Shown here one piece after another: positions 13,441 to 26,481 of a DNA stretch of 64,000 bases. Below the pieces are notes generated by a model. It was given only the letters and a program-made list of their open reading frames with translations, was not told the origin of the DNA and did not search any database. Origin of the DNA: Octopus vulgaris (taxonomy: Eukaryota); assembly GCA_951406725.2 (NCBI GenBank), contig OX597826.1, forward strand, positions 65,100,001-65,164,000, given 5' to 3'. Each line of letters opens with the position of its first letter. The stretch's first letter is position 1. The position numbers and the translations under genes are program-made.

Positions 13441-14290
13441 CCCAGGCCTATTCACCATTTTTTAGGAGTGGGTAGCCACAAGACACACACCAGGCATTCC
13501 ATTCATTTCCCAGCTCAAAGAGGCAAGCCCCATTTTATGCTCAGGTCAAAGCATAGAACGCAACGCCCAATATCAGCAGTGGGGTCCAACAGCATATGCT
13601 GGTTTACCTCCCCCCGCTGCATCATGCTGGTTCCATACCCCTTTGAGCAACATCAAATTCACTCATCCATCACAAATATTCTCCAAGCTTTCCGATCTTT
13701 TATAAACTCTCTTGCCTAACTTGTCCCACTCTCTTTTGTATGTCAGTGTTGGTAACATAGTCTTCCCATTCGATGTTCAAGATAGACTGGAGTTTCTTTT
13801 GATGGAATTGCTCAAGTTTTTTCATGTTATGGCAGTACAGAGTCCATGTCTCACACCCATACAGCAAGGTAGACACAACAATGGCATTGTACACCATCAT
13901 TTTGGTTTGCATGGTAAGACTACTGCACCCAAAGACTCAACTAGAGAGCTTCCTAAAGGTTAAGTGTGTTGCTTGGATCCTCTTTTCTACCCAATTTCTT
14001 TTCACTTTACCGTGCTGCCAGGCATAGAAATCAAGTACCAGTTTTAATCTATCAAGACTCCACTCTCGGTGTCACACCAGTACCATCTAAGTAAAGGAAA
14101 TACTGTATGCAAATGACAACACTGCCTCTGCTCACTTACCTGAGGCTCTACAGCAATCAACAATTTCTGCATGGCATATTCCCAGTTTGGCCAAACAGTT
14201 AACAAAGACAAAACTAAAATCATTGTACAACCACCACCTGGATGTGATAGGAAAATATTAGATTTATAAGCCCTAAAATTCACTAAATAA
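13441..14290 (-). mobile_element. RTE-like LINE fragment with an inverted 5' segment
   Basis: The minus strand (about 14045-13441) encodes TKMMVYNAIVVSTLLYGCETWTLY...EQFHQKKLQSILNIEWEDYVTN. The plus strand (about 14100-14245) encodes a degenerate LYADD...FGxTVNKDKTKIIVQPPP RT segment. Confidence 0.8.
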
Positions 14291-14355
14291 TTGCCCACGG
14301 ACATACGGTCTAGTGGTTAGGAGCGCAGGAATAATAATGATAATAATTATTATTA

Positions 14356-14480
14356 GGAATGAGAACCCAGGTTCGAAATTTCCCCAAAACACTTGATGAA
14401 TGCTGGACAGTATATCAGTTGAAACATTGCGTCAACAACAAACAATGATGTACATAATTCCTCATCTTTCAAATATAGAA
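14356..14480 (+). mobile_element. Probable Penelope-like element terminal remnant with a degenerate minimal hammerhead motif
   Basis: AACAC-TTGATGA-ATGCTG...CAGTT-GAAAC-ATT-GCGTC follows the minimal type I hammerhead layout described for Penelope-like element repeats. Confidence 0.5.
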
Positions 14481-15840
14481 CGGCTCCTCCCATAGTTTTT
14501 AATTGCAAAAAATTGGCCAAAATCGGTCCGGAGTGGGTATAGGAGGAGAGTTAAAAAAAATGAACTTATGTGGTCTTGATCCGAAACTACTCTCCTCACC
14601 CACTGGAAAAAATTTGCCCCCCAAATTTCTTTATAATCGTAATCTATACCATTTCAAAGATATTTATATAAAATTTCATCAAAAGATATCTATTTTCCTG
14701 AAAGTTATGAGGGAAAATATTGGATTGTGTGAATTTTCTGAAAGTCTCTCCCCACCTCTGGTTCATTTGCGCAAATTTTTTGTTTTCAGATTCATTTACT
14801 ACACATTATTTTTTATACCTATTACACTTGTTTTGTTTTGGTGGCCAGGTGTTAAACTCGATATTAACCGAAAACGGTACCACCTATAATATATAGGATG
14901 AAAAATAAACAAAAAAAAGTAAAGAATATAATTTTATTTAAGAGATACAGGTACAAAATAATACATCTTTGAAGCAGAATATGTTTGATCTTTATTAAAC
15001 CACTTAAAAAAGGTAAGAACAAAATTGTTTAAACACTTTATACAGTATGAAAAATTAACCAGTTTCAATAAAAGAAAATACACTTCTGCGGCTCCGTGGT
15101 CTACAGAAGCTTTTTCTCCACAAACTTTTGTGTGCGTGTTATTGGTAAATACTTTGGTTCTGCTGTGGTAAACCTGTTTTTGTTCAGGCAGGATTTTAGT
15201 CTTTCTAAAGTATAGTTGGATGTGGAGATGTGGAAAAAGAAGCATCCAGAATGCCTTGAGTATATGAGGCTAAGGCAAAAGGGATACTTTGGAAGAGCAA
15301 ATCAGTATAACCATATCTTAATTATATTGATTTAGGGATGCAAGGTTAATTTTGGAGTAACCAGAAATCATGTTGGATTTTTTAAAAAACATGGAATTTC
15401 TGAATTATTAAAAGGTTCAGAATTAGTCTTTTGAATATTTTAGAGACTGTATGGAAAGAATTGTTCAGTTTGCATGATGTTGGTCCAGTATCATTCAGCT
15501 TGGTGGTGTTTTATCCAATTTCAAAAGTCTCATGATTTGGCAGGATTGTCCCTGGAGATAGTTTTACAAGAACGTATCATCATCATCTTGTTGAGCTTGC
15601 TTGGATATTTTAAACCCACACACACCATCCATCCCAGTCCTGCATTAGTTGAGGGAGGTCTTCAGGGAGGCATCTAGTGCCTCTCATGAGTTGATCTACA
15701 TATGTTGTGTTCAACAAGAACATATAAATGATGGAAATAATAGCTAAGACTTTGTTTGGAACACAGAAAAGTTTGTTTTATTCTCTCAAAATTATCATTA
15801 TAACTAAGTATTTAACTTTAGTTGATGTTGTATCAAGATA

Positions 15841-16030
15841 TTCTTTTATTCTTTTGCTTGTTTCAGTCATTTCACTGTAGCCATGCTGCAGCACCAACAA
15901 ATTGAACCCGTGACTTATTCTTTGTAAACAAGCCTAGTACTTATTCTATCGATCTCTTGAGCCAAACCGCTAAGTTATAGAGATGTAAACACATAAACAT
16001 TGGTTGTCAAGTGATGGTGGGAGGATAAAT

Positions 16031-16088
<58 letters not shown>

Positions 16089-16250
16089 GCACAGTGAGCT
16101 TCTTTCAGTTTCCATCAACCAAATCCGCTCACAAGGATTTGGTCAGCCTGTGGCTATAGAAGAAGATACTTGCCCAAGGTGCCATGCAGTGGGACCGAAC
16201 CCAGAATCATGTGGTTGATAAAAAAACTTCTTACCACACAGCCAGTCCTG
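15841..16250 (-). mobile_element. tRNA-derived CORE-type SINE (family B) with an internal (CA)n/(TA)n tract
   Basis: Minus strand has a head TGGCTGTGTGGTAAG...GGTTCGGTCCC followed by CORE-like ACCTTGGGCAAGT. Other copies at about 25280-25685, 25712-26215, 35682-36090 and 57927-58260. Confidence 0.8.
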
Positions 16251-17356
16251 TTTGTATAGTGGAAATAGTGCTTGTTAATCATGTTAATAATCACATATAA
16301 ACAAAACATTGAAAATGAGCAACTATCAACAAATAGCTATGTCAGGCAGAGAACAAGCTGTAAATCCAGGACTTACTAATTTTACGCCTCCATGCATTGC
16401 CTTGGGTGATAAACTTAATCTGTTGTTTGCATTGAACCCCAAAATAATGGCCTTACCCACAAGTTAACCCTTTTGTAACAATATTTCTACTGAAATACAC
16501 TACCTTTGTTTCAAATGATTTTGTAAAGAACGAATTATTTAGTAAAATAATTTTGTCATAATTAAGTTGTTGTTTATGACAAATTGAAATGAAATTTTGA
16601 TAATAGATTTTTAAATTTCAGATCATTTTAAACCAGAAAGTTTTTATCATAGAAACAGAGACTGCCTTTAGCAGGTTTGGTAAAGGCTATCTCTGTTATT
16701 AAAACCACCAATATCAATAAACAAACACTAATCTCTTTCAAATCCAAAATTTTATTAAATACAAGACCCACAGCCTTATACTGAAAAAAATAATAATAAT
16801 CCAAAATAGAAAAACAAAATGCCATACCTTTTCAGATTATCATTCCAAAATTAACATTCCTTCTTTGGTCAATTACCTCTAAAAATACCAAAAAAAGAAA
16901 TAATACAATTGTGTGCTTATGTTATGGCAAAGATATTCCCTAAGAGGACTACATCCTTCACATTTACCTGTTTCAGTATCTTCTCAGTAAAAGACCATAT
17001 ATTCTTAAAAAACTTTGGTTCTAATCTTCAAAATACCAAATTTTTGGCTCTTTGCATGATTGATTCTTGACATTTCCCCCAGAAACTGCTTTGATCTTGA
17101 TCCAAATCCTATAAGCAATAGTTGTAGCAAAAAAGTAAATCAATTATTGTATGGAGTGCATTAGCAATAAATACTGATTTCAAATTTTGGCACAAGGCCA
17201 GCAATTTGAGGGAAGGGGATAAGTCAATTACATCAACCACAGTTCAAATGGTACTTATTTTATTGATCCCAAAAGAGTGAAAAGTAAAGTTGACCTTAGC
17301 ACATAAAATCAGGAAAAATGCTACTAAGCATTTTGTCTGGCATGCTAACAATTCTT

Positions 17357-17745
17357 TTCTGCTCTAGGCACAAGGCCCGCAATTTTGGGGGAGGGGGCCA
17401 GTCGATAAGAAGCTGGCAGAAATGTTAGCATGCCAGGCGAAATGCTTAGCGGTATTTCATCTGCCGCTACGTTCCGAGTTCAAAGTCCGCCGAAGTTGAC
17501 TTTGCCTTTCATCCTTTTGGGGTCGATTAGATAAGTACCAGTTATGCACTGGGGTCAATATAATCGATTTAATCAATTTGTCTGTCCTTGGTTGTCCCCT
17601 CTGTGTGTAGCCCCTTGTGGGCAGTAAAGACATAAGATTGACTCCAGTACGTAACTGGTAATTAATTTATCGACCCCGAAAGGATGAAAGGCAAAGTCGA
17701 CCTCGGTGGAATTTGAACTCAGAATGTAATGGCAGACGAAAAACA
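17357..17745. mobile_element. Family A SINE inserted in opposite orientation inside another family A SINE
   Basis: The plus-strand copy (about 17411-17631) is flanked by ATAAGA direct repeats (17405-17410 and 17632-17637) and splits a minus-strand copy. Confidence 0.75.
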
Positions 17746-18119
17746 TAAAAAAATTCAGGGTTAGCTTAAGCTTCAAAAATTAAATTAAAACCTTTAATAT
17801 TTACACTGAATCAGAATATCAATCTGCAACATCATCATCTGCCTCATCATTATCACTAAACGATTTTTCTTCCATGCTTCTATGGGTCAGATGGAAAATG
17901 TTAAGGCAGATTTTCTATAGCTGGATGCCCTTCCTGTCACCAACTCTCATTTGTTTCCAATAAGATATTTCCTCATGAACAGACATGTTTTTCTTGGAAG
18001 ACGGGAAATGAACAACACCACTTGTATGAAGGTTATGTTCATTAACAACTATGTCAAGACAGGAGTACTCACATATGCACACACGCATAAACACGTGCAC
18101 ACACATATATACCTGTATA

Positions 18120-18150
<31 letters not shown>

Positions 18151-18153
18151 ATA

Positions 18154-19397
18154 CAGGGTGCGGTGAATAAATTGTCATCTAAATGATACAGAAATGAAAA
18201 TAACACTGACATCTCATTTTAACATATGTTTACCAAAATTACATAAAAATATCTTGAAATACTAAAGAGTAAATTTATTCAATAAAATCACCATTGACTT
18301 TCAGCCATGGCCTCCAGATGACTTCAGAATCTCCTGCAGCTCTTTGCCTTGTTTAAGTTGGTGAATGCTGCCAATAATCCTTGCCTTCAGTTCATATTTA
18401 GTGTTACAAGGAATTTTTCTGGTCTCTTGTTCAGCTGCACTCCACACATAATAATTAAGGGGATTGCAGTCTGGTGAGTTAGGTGACCATATGTTAGGGG
18501 TGATGTGGTTGCAGAAATTGTCTGACAACCATGACTAGGTTCCCCTGCTTGTGTGGCATGGTGCAGAGTCCTGTTGCCAAACATAGGGTCTTCTAGTAGC
18601 CACCCTCTTGACCCAGGGCAGCACTACCTCCTCCAGGCACTTGATGTAGGCCTCCATGTTGAGTCTGAGGCTGTGTGGGAAGATGAATGGAGGCATAATG
18701 TCACCAACATTAGTGATCACTCCAAATAAACACCATGATGTTGACTAGCTGTTTGATTTTTATCACTCTCAGTACATGTTTTGGGGATACAGCAAGCCAA
18801 TAGTTGTTCTGTGAGTTCACCATCTGATCCTGGCAGAATTTTTTCTCATCTGAGAATAACCAAAGCATGTTCAGTTGGAGGAGATGCTTGAGTTTGTTCA
18901 AAAACATCATAGCATGGTCTTTCCTCTTGTCCTTGATGGCTTGGGATAAAAATTGGTCCTTTCTCATCTTGTATGAGGAATACTAAATGTCTTCATGCAC
19001 TACCTGCCTAAGAAACTCAGACACTCTCATGACCCTGACGATGTCAATCGTGGCCTGGATCTCATCAACAAATTCAGGAGTTCTTTTCTTATCAGAATAA
19101 GTTTTCCCAGCTGCCATACCTTTGTAATCACCATTAGACTCATCCAACTCTTTCTGAATCCTCTGTACTGTCCAAAGAATGACACTCAAACACTCTGAAA
19201 TGTTCATAGTGGGCTTCCGATGCAAATACCAAGCATTACAGCATGTCCTTTACAAATTTCTGGCAGAGTGAATTGTGTCATGGTGCTGTTTTTCTCACAG
19301 ACAGTGCCCATCTGACCCTACTATACTGTGTAGTCAACAAAATCAAAAACAAACAATGCACATGCACGAAATAGAAAAATAGAAAATGGCAACCCTG
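18154..19397 (-). mobile_element. Degenerate Tc1/mariner-superfamily transposon, maT (DD37D)-like
   Basis: Termini TA-CAGGGT...ACCCTG-TA. Transposase remnants FSDEKKF, YVWQQDSAPCHTSR and WSPNSPDCNPLNYYVW give about 37 residues between the second and third catalytic positions after frameshift correction. A terminal fragment of the same family lies at about 36815-37003. Confidence 0.85.
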
Positions 19398-19419
19398 TAT
19401 ATATATATATATATATATA

Positions 19420-19620
19420 CCAGGGGATGCTGAAAAGTGCCTGGTTTTAAGGGCATCACAAAAGACTTGGTTGGAGGTTCAATCTTCTGAGTTCTTTTTC
19501 AGGGTTTAGAAAAACTGAAGGACTGCTGCAATAAATGTGTGAACCTGTGAAGGGAATATGCTGAATAAAATCATAATTAACTGATTCTCCTGTATTTTCT
19601 TTTACCTAAGCTTTTTTACT
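19420..19620. mobile_element. Mariner-type MITE, same family as 7620-7836, opposite orientation
   Basis: Begins GGGGATGCTGAAAAGTGCCTGGTTTT; the internal sequence is reverse-complementary to the 7620 copy. Confidence 0.6.
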
Positions 19621-20398
19621 CAAGTCTGTGTATATATACACATACTGAGACACACACACACTACAGGCTTCTTTCAGTTTCCATCTACCAAATCCACTCA
19701 CAAAACTTTGGCCTGCTGAAGACTATAATAGAAGACAGTTAGTTGCCCTGCCCAAGGTGCTGCACAATGAGACTGAACCCAAGATAACATTGTTGGGATA
19801 CAAGCTTCTTAACCACACAGCCACACTGAATAATTTGAATGAATGTCCATCATCTTCATCAAAAAATCCTCAGATACATTTTTTTGGTTTATGGTACTCT
19901 GCATTTGTAAAATAAAAACATTGCACAAAATAATATTAGAGTTGCAAGACAAGCTACTAGTTACTGAATTATACACCGTGGTCATATATTTGAAACAGTT
20001 CGTGACATCAGTGAAAACCCAGTTACTAATTGCCTGTTTCTTCTCAATTTTCATTGAATAAAAATTCCTACAAAAGAAATGTAACAATTTTTTCAAATTA
20101 TCAATATATTGTACATATTTTTACACATTAAGGCACCATATTTATGTACAGAAAAGGTTAGTATCTGATTAGAAATAGTTTCTGATTTTGCTGTAAGGCC
20201 AGCAATTTTTAGAAGAGAAAGTTAATTGATACCATTGATTTCCAGCACTAGATCAGTATTTTATCAATCCTGAAATGACAAAAAGTAAAGTTCACCTCAG
20301 CATGTAAAGAGCCAGTAAAAATATCATACAGTATTTTTTTTCTGATGTAATGATTCTGCAGCTCACTACCTCAAGCATCTTTGTAATACAATATGTTA

Positions 20399-20620
20399 CC
20401 CCTTTTGTTACCATATTTATTTTGAGATGCTCTGTGTTTCATTCAATTAATTTAAATATAACAAAGAATTTAGTAATAGAACTTAGTTATCATTAAGCTA
20501 GTGTTGGGAACATAAATTGTGACTAAGGTTTGGTGTAAGATTTTAATTCAATACTTACGAAAACAAAACATTTGTACTACAGAGCCAGAGGTGGTTTTGG
20601 CCGGGTTGGTATCAAAAGGG
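20399..20620. mobile_element. piggyBac-like (TTAA) MITE
   Basis: Termini CCCTTTTG...CAAAAGGG-TTAA, about 220 bp. Related copies at about 16468-16690, 21780-22001 and 34831-35045 (truncated). Confidence 0.75.
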
Positions 20621-21779
20621 TTAATGAATAGAAGTTATTTAAATCACACAGAAAATTTAAGTGACAACTTAACAAATCCACAAGTTATTCTTTGTACATC
20701 ATTAAACTCATTTGTTTTTAATTAAGGATTGTAAGTTTCTAATATAATTTTGTTATAATAATTACAGTAGTTAGTAAGGTGGCAAGCTGACACTCATTAG
20801 CATGTTGGATAAAATGCTTAGTGGCATTTTGTCTAGTTTTACAGTCTGAGTTCAAATCCTGCCAAGGTCAACTTTGCCTTTCATCCTTTCTGGGTCGATA
20901 AAATAAGTACCACTTGAGTATTGGAGTCAATGTAATCAACTTAGCACCTACTCCAAAATTTCTGACCTTGTACCAAAATTTGAAACCTATAATTATAATA
21001 AGGAGTTAATTAAGATGCTAGATAAAACTTCAAATCGCAGTTAACTCAAGCTTTTCTGTAAATTTCACTTTAATCTCGTGATTGACTCAACTCCATAGTT
21101 ATCCTTAAATTAGCTTTAAATAGTGGTTTTAAATTTTGGTGCAAGGTAAGTAATTTTTAGGGGACAAGTTGACCACATTGACCCCAATACTCAACTGGTG
21201 CTTATTTTATGAACTTTGAAAGTATGAATACAAAGTTGACATTGGTGGAATTTGAACTCAGAACATAAAGAGCCAGAAAAATGCTGCTAAAGCATTTTGT
21301 CTAACATGCTAATGATTCTGCCAGATCACCACCTGAAACAAACTTTAAATATTGGTTTCAAATTTTAATCCAAGACCAGCAGCTTTGGAGGAACGGGTAA
21401 GCAGATTACATCGATCCCAACACTCAACTAGTACTTATTTTATTGACCCCAAAAGGATGAAAGGCAAAGTTGACCACAGTAGAATTTGAAATTAAAACAT
21501 AAATACAGACGATATGCCGCTAAGCATTTTGCCCAGTATGATAACACTTCTGCTTGCTCGCCACCTTAAACAAGCTTTAAATATTAATATTTAAGAATAA
21601 TTATATCAACAAATATTTCCAAACCTGGAATTATTGTGTTCTGTTTAAATGCCTAAAAGTTAATATGACAATACCAAAGCATTATTTAATCATAATGAGC
21701 ATGAAATGCAAGTATCATAAAGGAAGTGTTCTAGCTTAATACATGAGAACAGAATAAAATGTTAATATTGTGTGAGTAA

Positions 21780-22001
21780 CCCTTTTGTTACCATATTTCT
21801 GTCGAAATATGCTGCTTTAGTTTCAATTAATTTTGAAAATAATTAAGAATTTAATTAGATAACTTTGTCATTATTAAGCTGCTGTTTGTAAAATAAATTA
21901 ACATGAAATTGTGGTGAAAGTTCCTAATTCAAAACACTTTAAAAAAAGAAGTTTACATCATAGAACCTAGAGTAATCTCAGATAAGCTGGTATCAAAAGG
22001 G
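21780..22001. mobile_element. piggyBac-like (TTAA) MITE
   Basis: CCCTTTTGTTACC...GGTATCAAAAGGG-TTAA terminal inverted repeats. Confidence 0.75.
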
Positions 22002-23604
22002 TTAATGTGAGAAATCATCATCATCATCATCATCATCATTTAGCGTCCGTTTTCCATGCTAGCATGGGTTGGACGGTTTAACTGGGGTCTGTGAAGCCGG
22101 AAGGCTTCATCAGGCCCAGTCAGATTTGGTAGTGTTTCTACGGCTGGATGCCCTTCCTAACGCCAACCACGCCGTGAGTGTAGTGGGTGTTTTTTACGTG
22201 CCACCTGCACAGGTGCCAGACAGAGCTGGCACAACGGCCACGAACAGATGGTGCTGGCAAATTATAACAAAATTCAGGATTTTAAGCATTTCAAAAACAA
22301 AATTAATTACAAGTATGATCATTCTCTTGGCTATAAGGCAGCAAGCTGGCAGGAACGTTAGCACACCAGACAAAATGCTTAGCAGTATTTCATCTGTCTT
22401 TACATTCTGAGTTCAAATTCCACCGAGGTCGACTTTGCCTTTCATCCTTTTGGGGTTGATAAATTAAGTACCATTTGCATATTGGGGTTGATCTAATCGA
22501 CTGGCTCCCTCCCCAAAACTTTCAAGCCTTGTGCCTAGAATAGAAAAAAAAAAAGATAACGGTTTTTCTCTTTATTTGAAATATAAATTGGGTGAAATAT
22601 GCTCAAGCATGTTATTTCATGGTAGTAAGATTTGTCTTAAGCATGGAAGTTTTGCAGAGAACAAGGTAACTGGAGAGTTTATGGGTAATAAAGGCATCAA
22701 ATGATAGATACAATAGAGGCTACTGCTGGTAGTCATGAAATTTCAGTTCATGTAATAAATGCTGAAAGAGCAAAGTTTGCGTAATAGGGACCAATAAATA
22801 TATGCGTAGAATAACTTTTTTTTTTTTTGGTGGGGAGAGCTTATGGTTGATTACTTAATCAGATCTTGTATATTACTGGTTATTTTTATCATCATATTCC
22901 TCTCCACAAGAACAAAAGGCCAGGATGAAACAGAAATGGATATTATAACCTGCTTTTTATTGATTTGATATTTGAACTTGCAATGGAGAATAAGCAAAGC
23001 AATCAAATTGTACAAGAAAAGTTCAATATTAGTCTTTGAATATTCAGAATTAATGTTATGTTGTTGAAATATTTACAATGGACATTTGGATATTTAATTA
23101 ATAATGCATGTGACAGGATAGGGTTATAGGGATTTTTAGCCCTTGTAGATAACATCTCAAGTGGCTTTGGCAAGATAAAAATGTCATCAGTTCAAGTTAT
23201 AAAATGGTTAGTGTAAAGAAGAGCATCATGGCATCATCAATAATATTAATACACCAATTTGTTTTTTGTACATACCTGACGTGTGTGTCACACTTAAGAG
23301 AAAGAAATTTTGTTACTTGAATAAAAATTTCTAACTAGATCTCTTGTAATTTCTGCCAGAGATTTGAAACCACCACCTATATGTTGTATTACTACTTCTC
23401 AACACCCATGCCTACTGGTACACCAAAGCAGCAACAATCTCAATGGGAGAATTAAGGTACTTAAATTTGATGCATGTGTCAAACAAGGGAGAGAGGAAGT
23501 GAGAAAGAAAGAGAAGGAGTGGCTGAATTCCTTTGAATTCCTTTCTAGAATTGAACTGAAATTGACCCCTGGCTATTAGAGGCCCAACCACACACACACA
23601 CACT

Positions 23605-23668
<64 letters not shown>

Positions 23669-25711
23669 TGTGTCTGTATTTGTACCCCCACTACCATTGC
23701 TTAACAACCGATGTTGGTGTGTTTGTGTCCCTGTAACTTAGCTGTTCAGCAGAAGAGACTGATAGAATAAGCACCAGGCTTACAGGGAATAAGTCCAGGG
23801 GTCAATTTCTTCAACTAAAGGGTGGTGCTCAGCAAGGCCACCGTCAAATGGCTGAAACAAGTAAAAGACTAAAAGAATGTGAGAAAAACATTCTGTACCA
23901 CTAAACCAAGAGGGTTCTCTGAATATGTATGATGTATTTTGAGGCTAAGTAGTAATTCTGTTTATGTTTGCATAACTGAGATATTTTGGGTGGATTATAT
24001 AGTTATCAGTTTTACCCTTCTTTCTATATTCTGTAACTGTCGCAATATATTTTTCTGTTATAGGCACAAGTCCTGAAATTTTTGTGGGGAGAGGGCCAGT
24101 CAATTAGATTGACATCAGTATGCAACTGGTACTTAATTTATCAACCCCAAAAGGATGAAAGGCAAAGTCGACCTCAGCAGAATTTGAACTCGGAACATAA
24201 AGACCACTAAGCATTTCGCCCAGCGTGCTAACGATTCTGCCAGCTCGCTGCCTTTAACTGTCACAATATAGAAACTTTTCTCATGATGCCATCAAACAAT
24301 TTACAGATGCTTACATTTTCTATAATTTCCATGAACTTTTTACGGGTCCAGCTAGTAAAAGAACTAATATAGCAAAAACACTTGGTTGGTGGTTTTATCT
24401 GATGTCTTGTGTATCAGAGATACTGTGCTGTGAAAGACCTATTAACACCCAAGTGAAATATAATGGTGATGATGTGGAAGATGCTCCTAGAGATTAAAGA
24501 ATAATGATACGGCTGAGTGATTAAAAGGTTTCCATTGCAACTATGTGTTTCTGGGTTCAATCCTATGCCCCTCCACTTTGGGTGTGTGTAATCTACTATG
24601 ATCTTAGATTAACAAATACCTTATGAATAGAATTTAGGGAACAGAGACTGTCAAGAAACCTACAACAAATATATGTATGTATGGGTAGATAGAGAGGGAG
24701 AGAGAGAGAGAGATGTATACGTGTGTGTGCATGCACTTTAGGAAATGATGTTCATTGCCTCAGAGAGAAAAGAAATTAAACCACAGGTTTCCAAAACTAG
24801 CAAAGAGAAGCATAAAAATGGTGCTTTACCATCTTTTTGCAGGAAGAGGATAATTGCAATATAATAAATTTCGATAAAAATCAGTCCTGAACTCATAAAA
24901 TTTTGGAAAATCAGTTTTAGAAAATACAGATAACCATTCTATATTTTAGACACTGTAGTTATTGTTCTTAAAAATATTCTTAATTCCCTCATCATCATCA
25001 TCATCATCATCGTCATCATTGTTAACTGTGTTTTATGTCTACTTTTCATGCTAGCATGGATTGACAGGTTGACAGAATCCATCAGATTGTAGAATTACAC
25101 ATTTTTCTAGTGTCTTATTATCAATATATTAATGATAATATTTCTATATGTTTTCCAGGTAAATATTATTTTCCAGTTTACATGTGGATTTGCTTACTCC
25201 ATATTCATAATTCAACATTCTTACCATTTTGCAAAACATTACACACACGCACACTTATCTTTTTTATTTATCCTTTTTTTAATCTTTTAGTTGTTTTAAT
25301 CATTAGACTGTGGCTATGCTAGGGCACTGCCTTGAAGAACTTTAGCCAAACAAATTGACCCCTGTACATATTTTTTAAACCTGGTACTTATTCTACCTGT
25401 CTCTTTTGCTGAATCACTAAATTACAGGGATGTAAACTCACCAACACTGGTTGTCAAGTGATGATGTTATCAAGAGATAGTGTCCCAAACACAGACAGAA
25501 AAACACATGCACATATACATGCATATGACGGGTTTCTTTCAGCTTCCTTCAACCAAATCCACTCACAAGGCTTTGGTTGGTCTGAGACTATACTAGAACA
25601 CATTTACCCAAGGTGTCACAAAATGGGATAGAACCCAGAGCCATATGGCTGGGAAGCAAACTTCTTACCACACAGTCATACCTGCATTTAAAAATAGGCA
25701 CACATATATTC

Positions 25712-25909
25712 CTTTATTCTTTTATTCCTTTACTTGTTTCAGTCATTTGACTGTGGCCATGCTGGAGCACCGCCTTTAGTTGAGCAAATCGACCCCAGGA
25801 CTTATTCTTTGTAAGTCTCGTACTTATTCTACTGGTCTCTTTTGCTGAACTACTAACTCACAGGGATGTAAACATACCAGCATCGGCTTTCAAGCGATGT
25901 TGGGGGGAA

Positions 25910-25984
<75 letters not shown>

Positions 25985-26215
25985 ACACACACAAACATAT
26001 ACACACACATACATGCATATATATATGTGCGTGTGTGTATATATATATATATGCAACAGGCTTCTTTCAGTTTCTGACAACCAAATTCACTCACAAGGCT
26101 TTGGTTGGCCCAAAACTATAGTAGAAGACACTTTCCCAACGTGCCATGCAGTGGGACTGAACCTGGAACCATGTGGCTGGTAAGCAAGCTACTTACCACA
26201 CAGCCACTCCATATA
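25712..26215 (-). mobile_element. Near full-length CORE-type SINE (family B)
   Basis: High similarity to the 35682-36090 copy, with an expanded internal (CA)n. Confidence 0.85.
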
Positions 26216-26273
26216 CATTTATATAATCACTGTCATTATCATTTAATGCTTGTCTTCCATGTTGGCATGAGTT

Positions 26274-26321
<48 letters not shown>

Positions 26322-26481
26322 AGTGGTTGGCGTTAGGAAGGGCATCCAGCCGTAGAAACATTGCCAGATCGAACTGGGCCTGGTGCAGCCTTCTGGCTTC
26401 CCAGACCCCAGTTGAACCGTCCAACCCATGCTAGCATGGAAAGTGGACGCTAAACGATGATGATGACGATGATGATATATA

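Noticed and set aside
16968-17108. Selenoprotein-like exon (single in-frame TGA in one frame)
   Set aside because: No recognisable protein similarity, the next putative exon hits TAA immediately, and no SECIS was seen.
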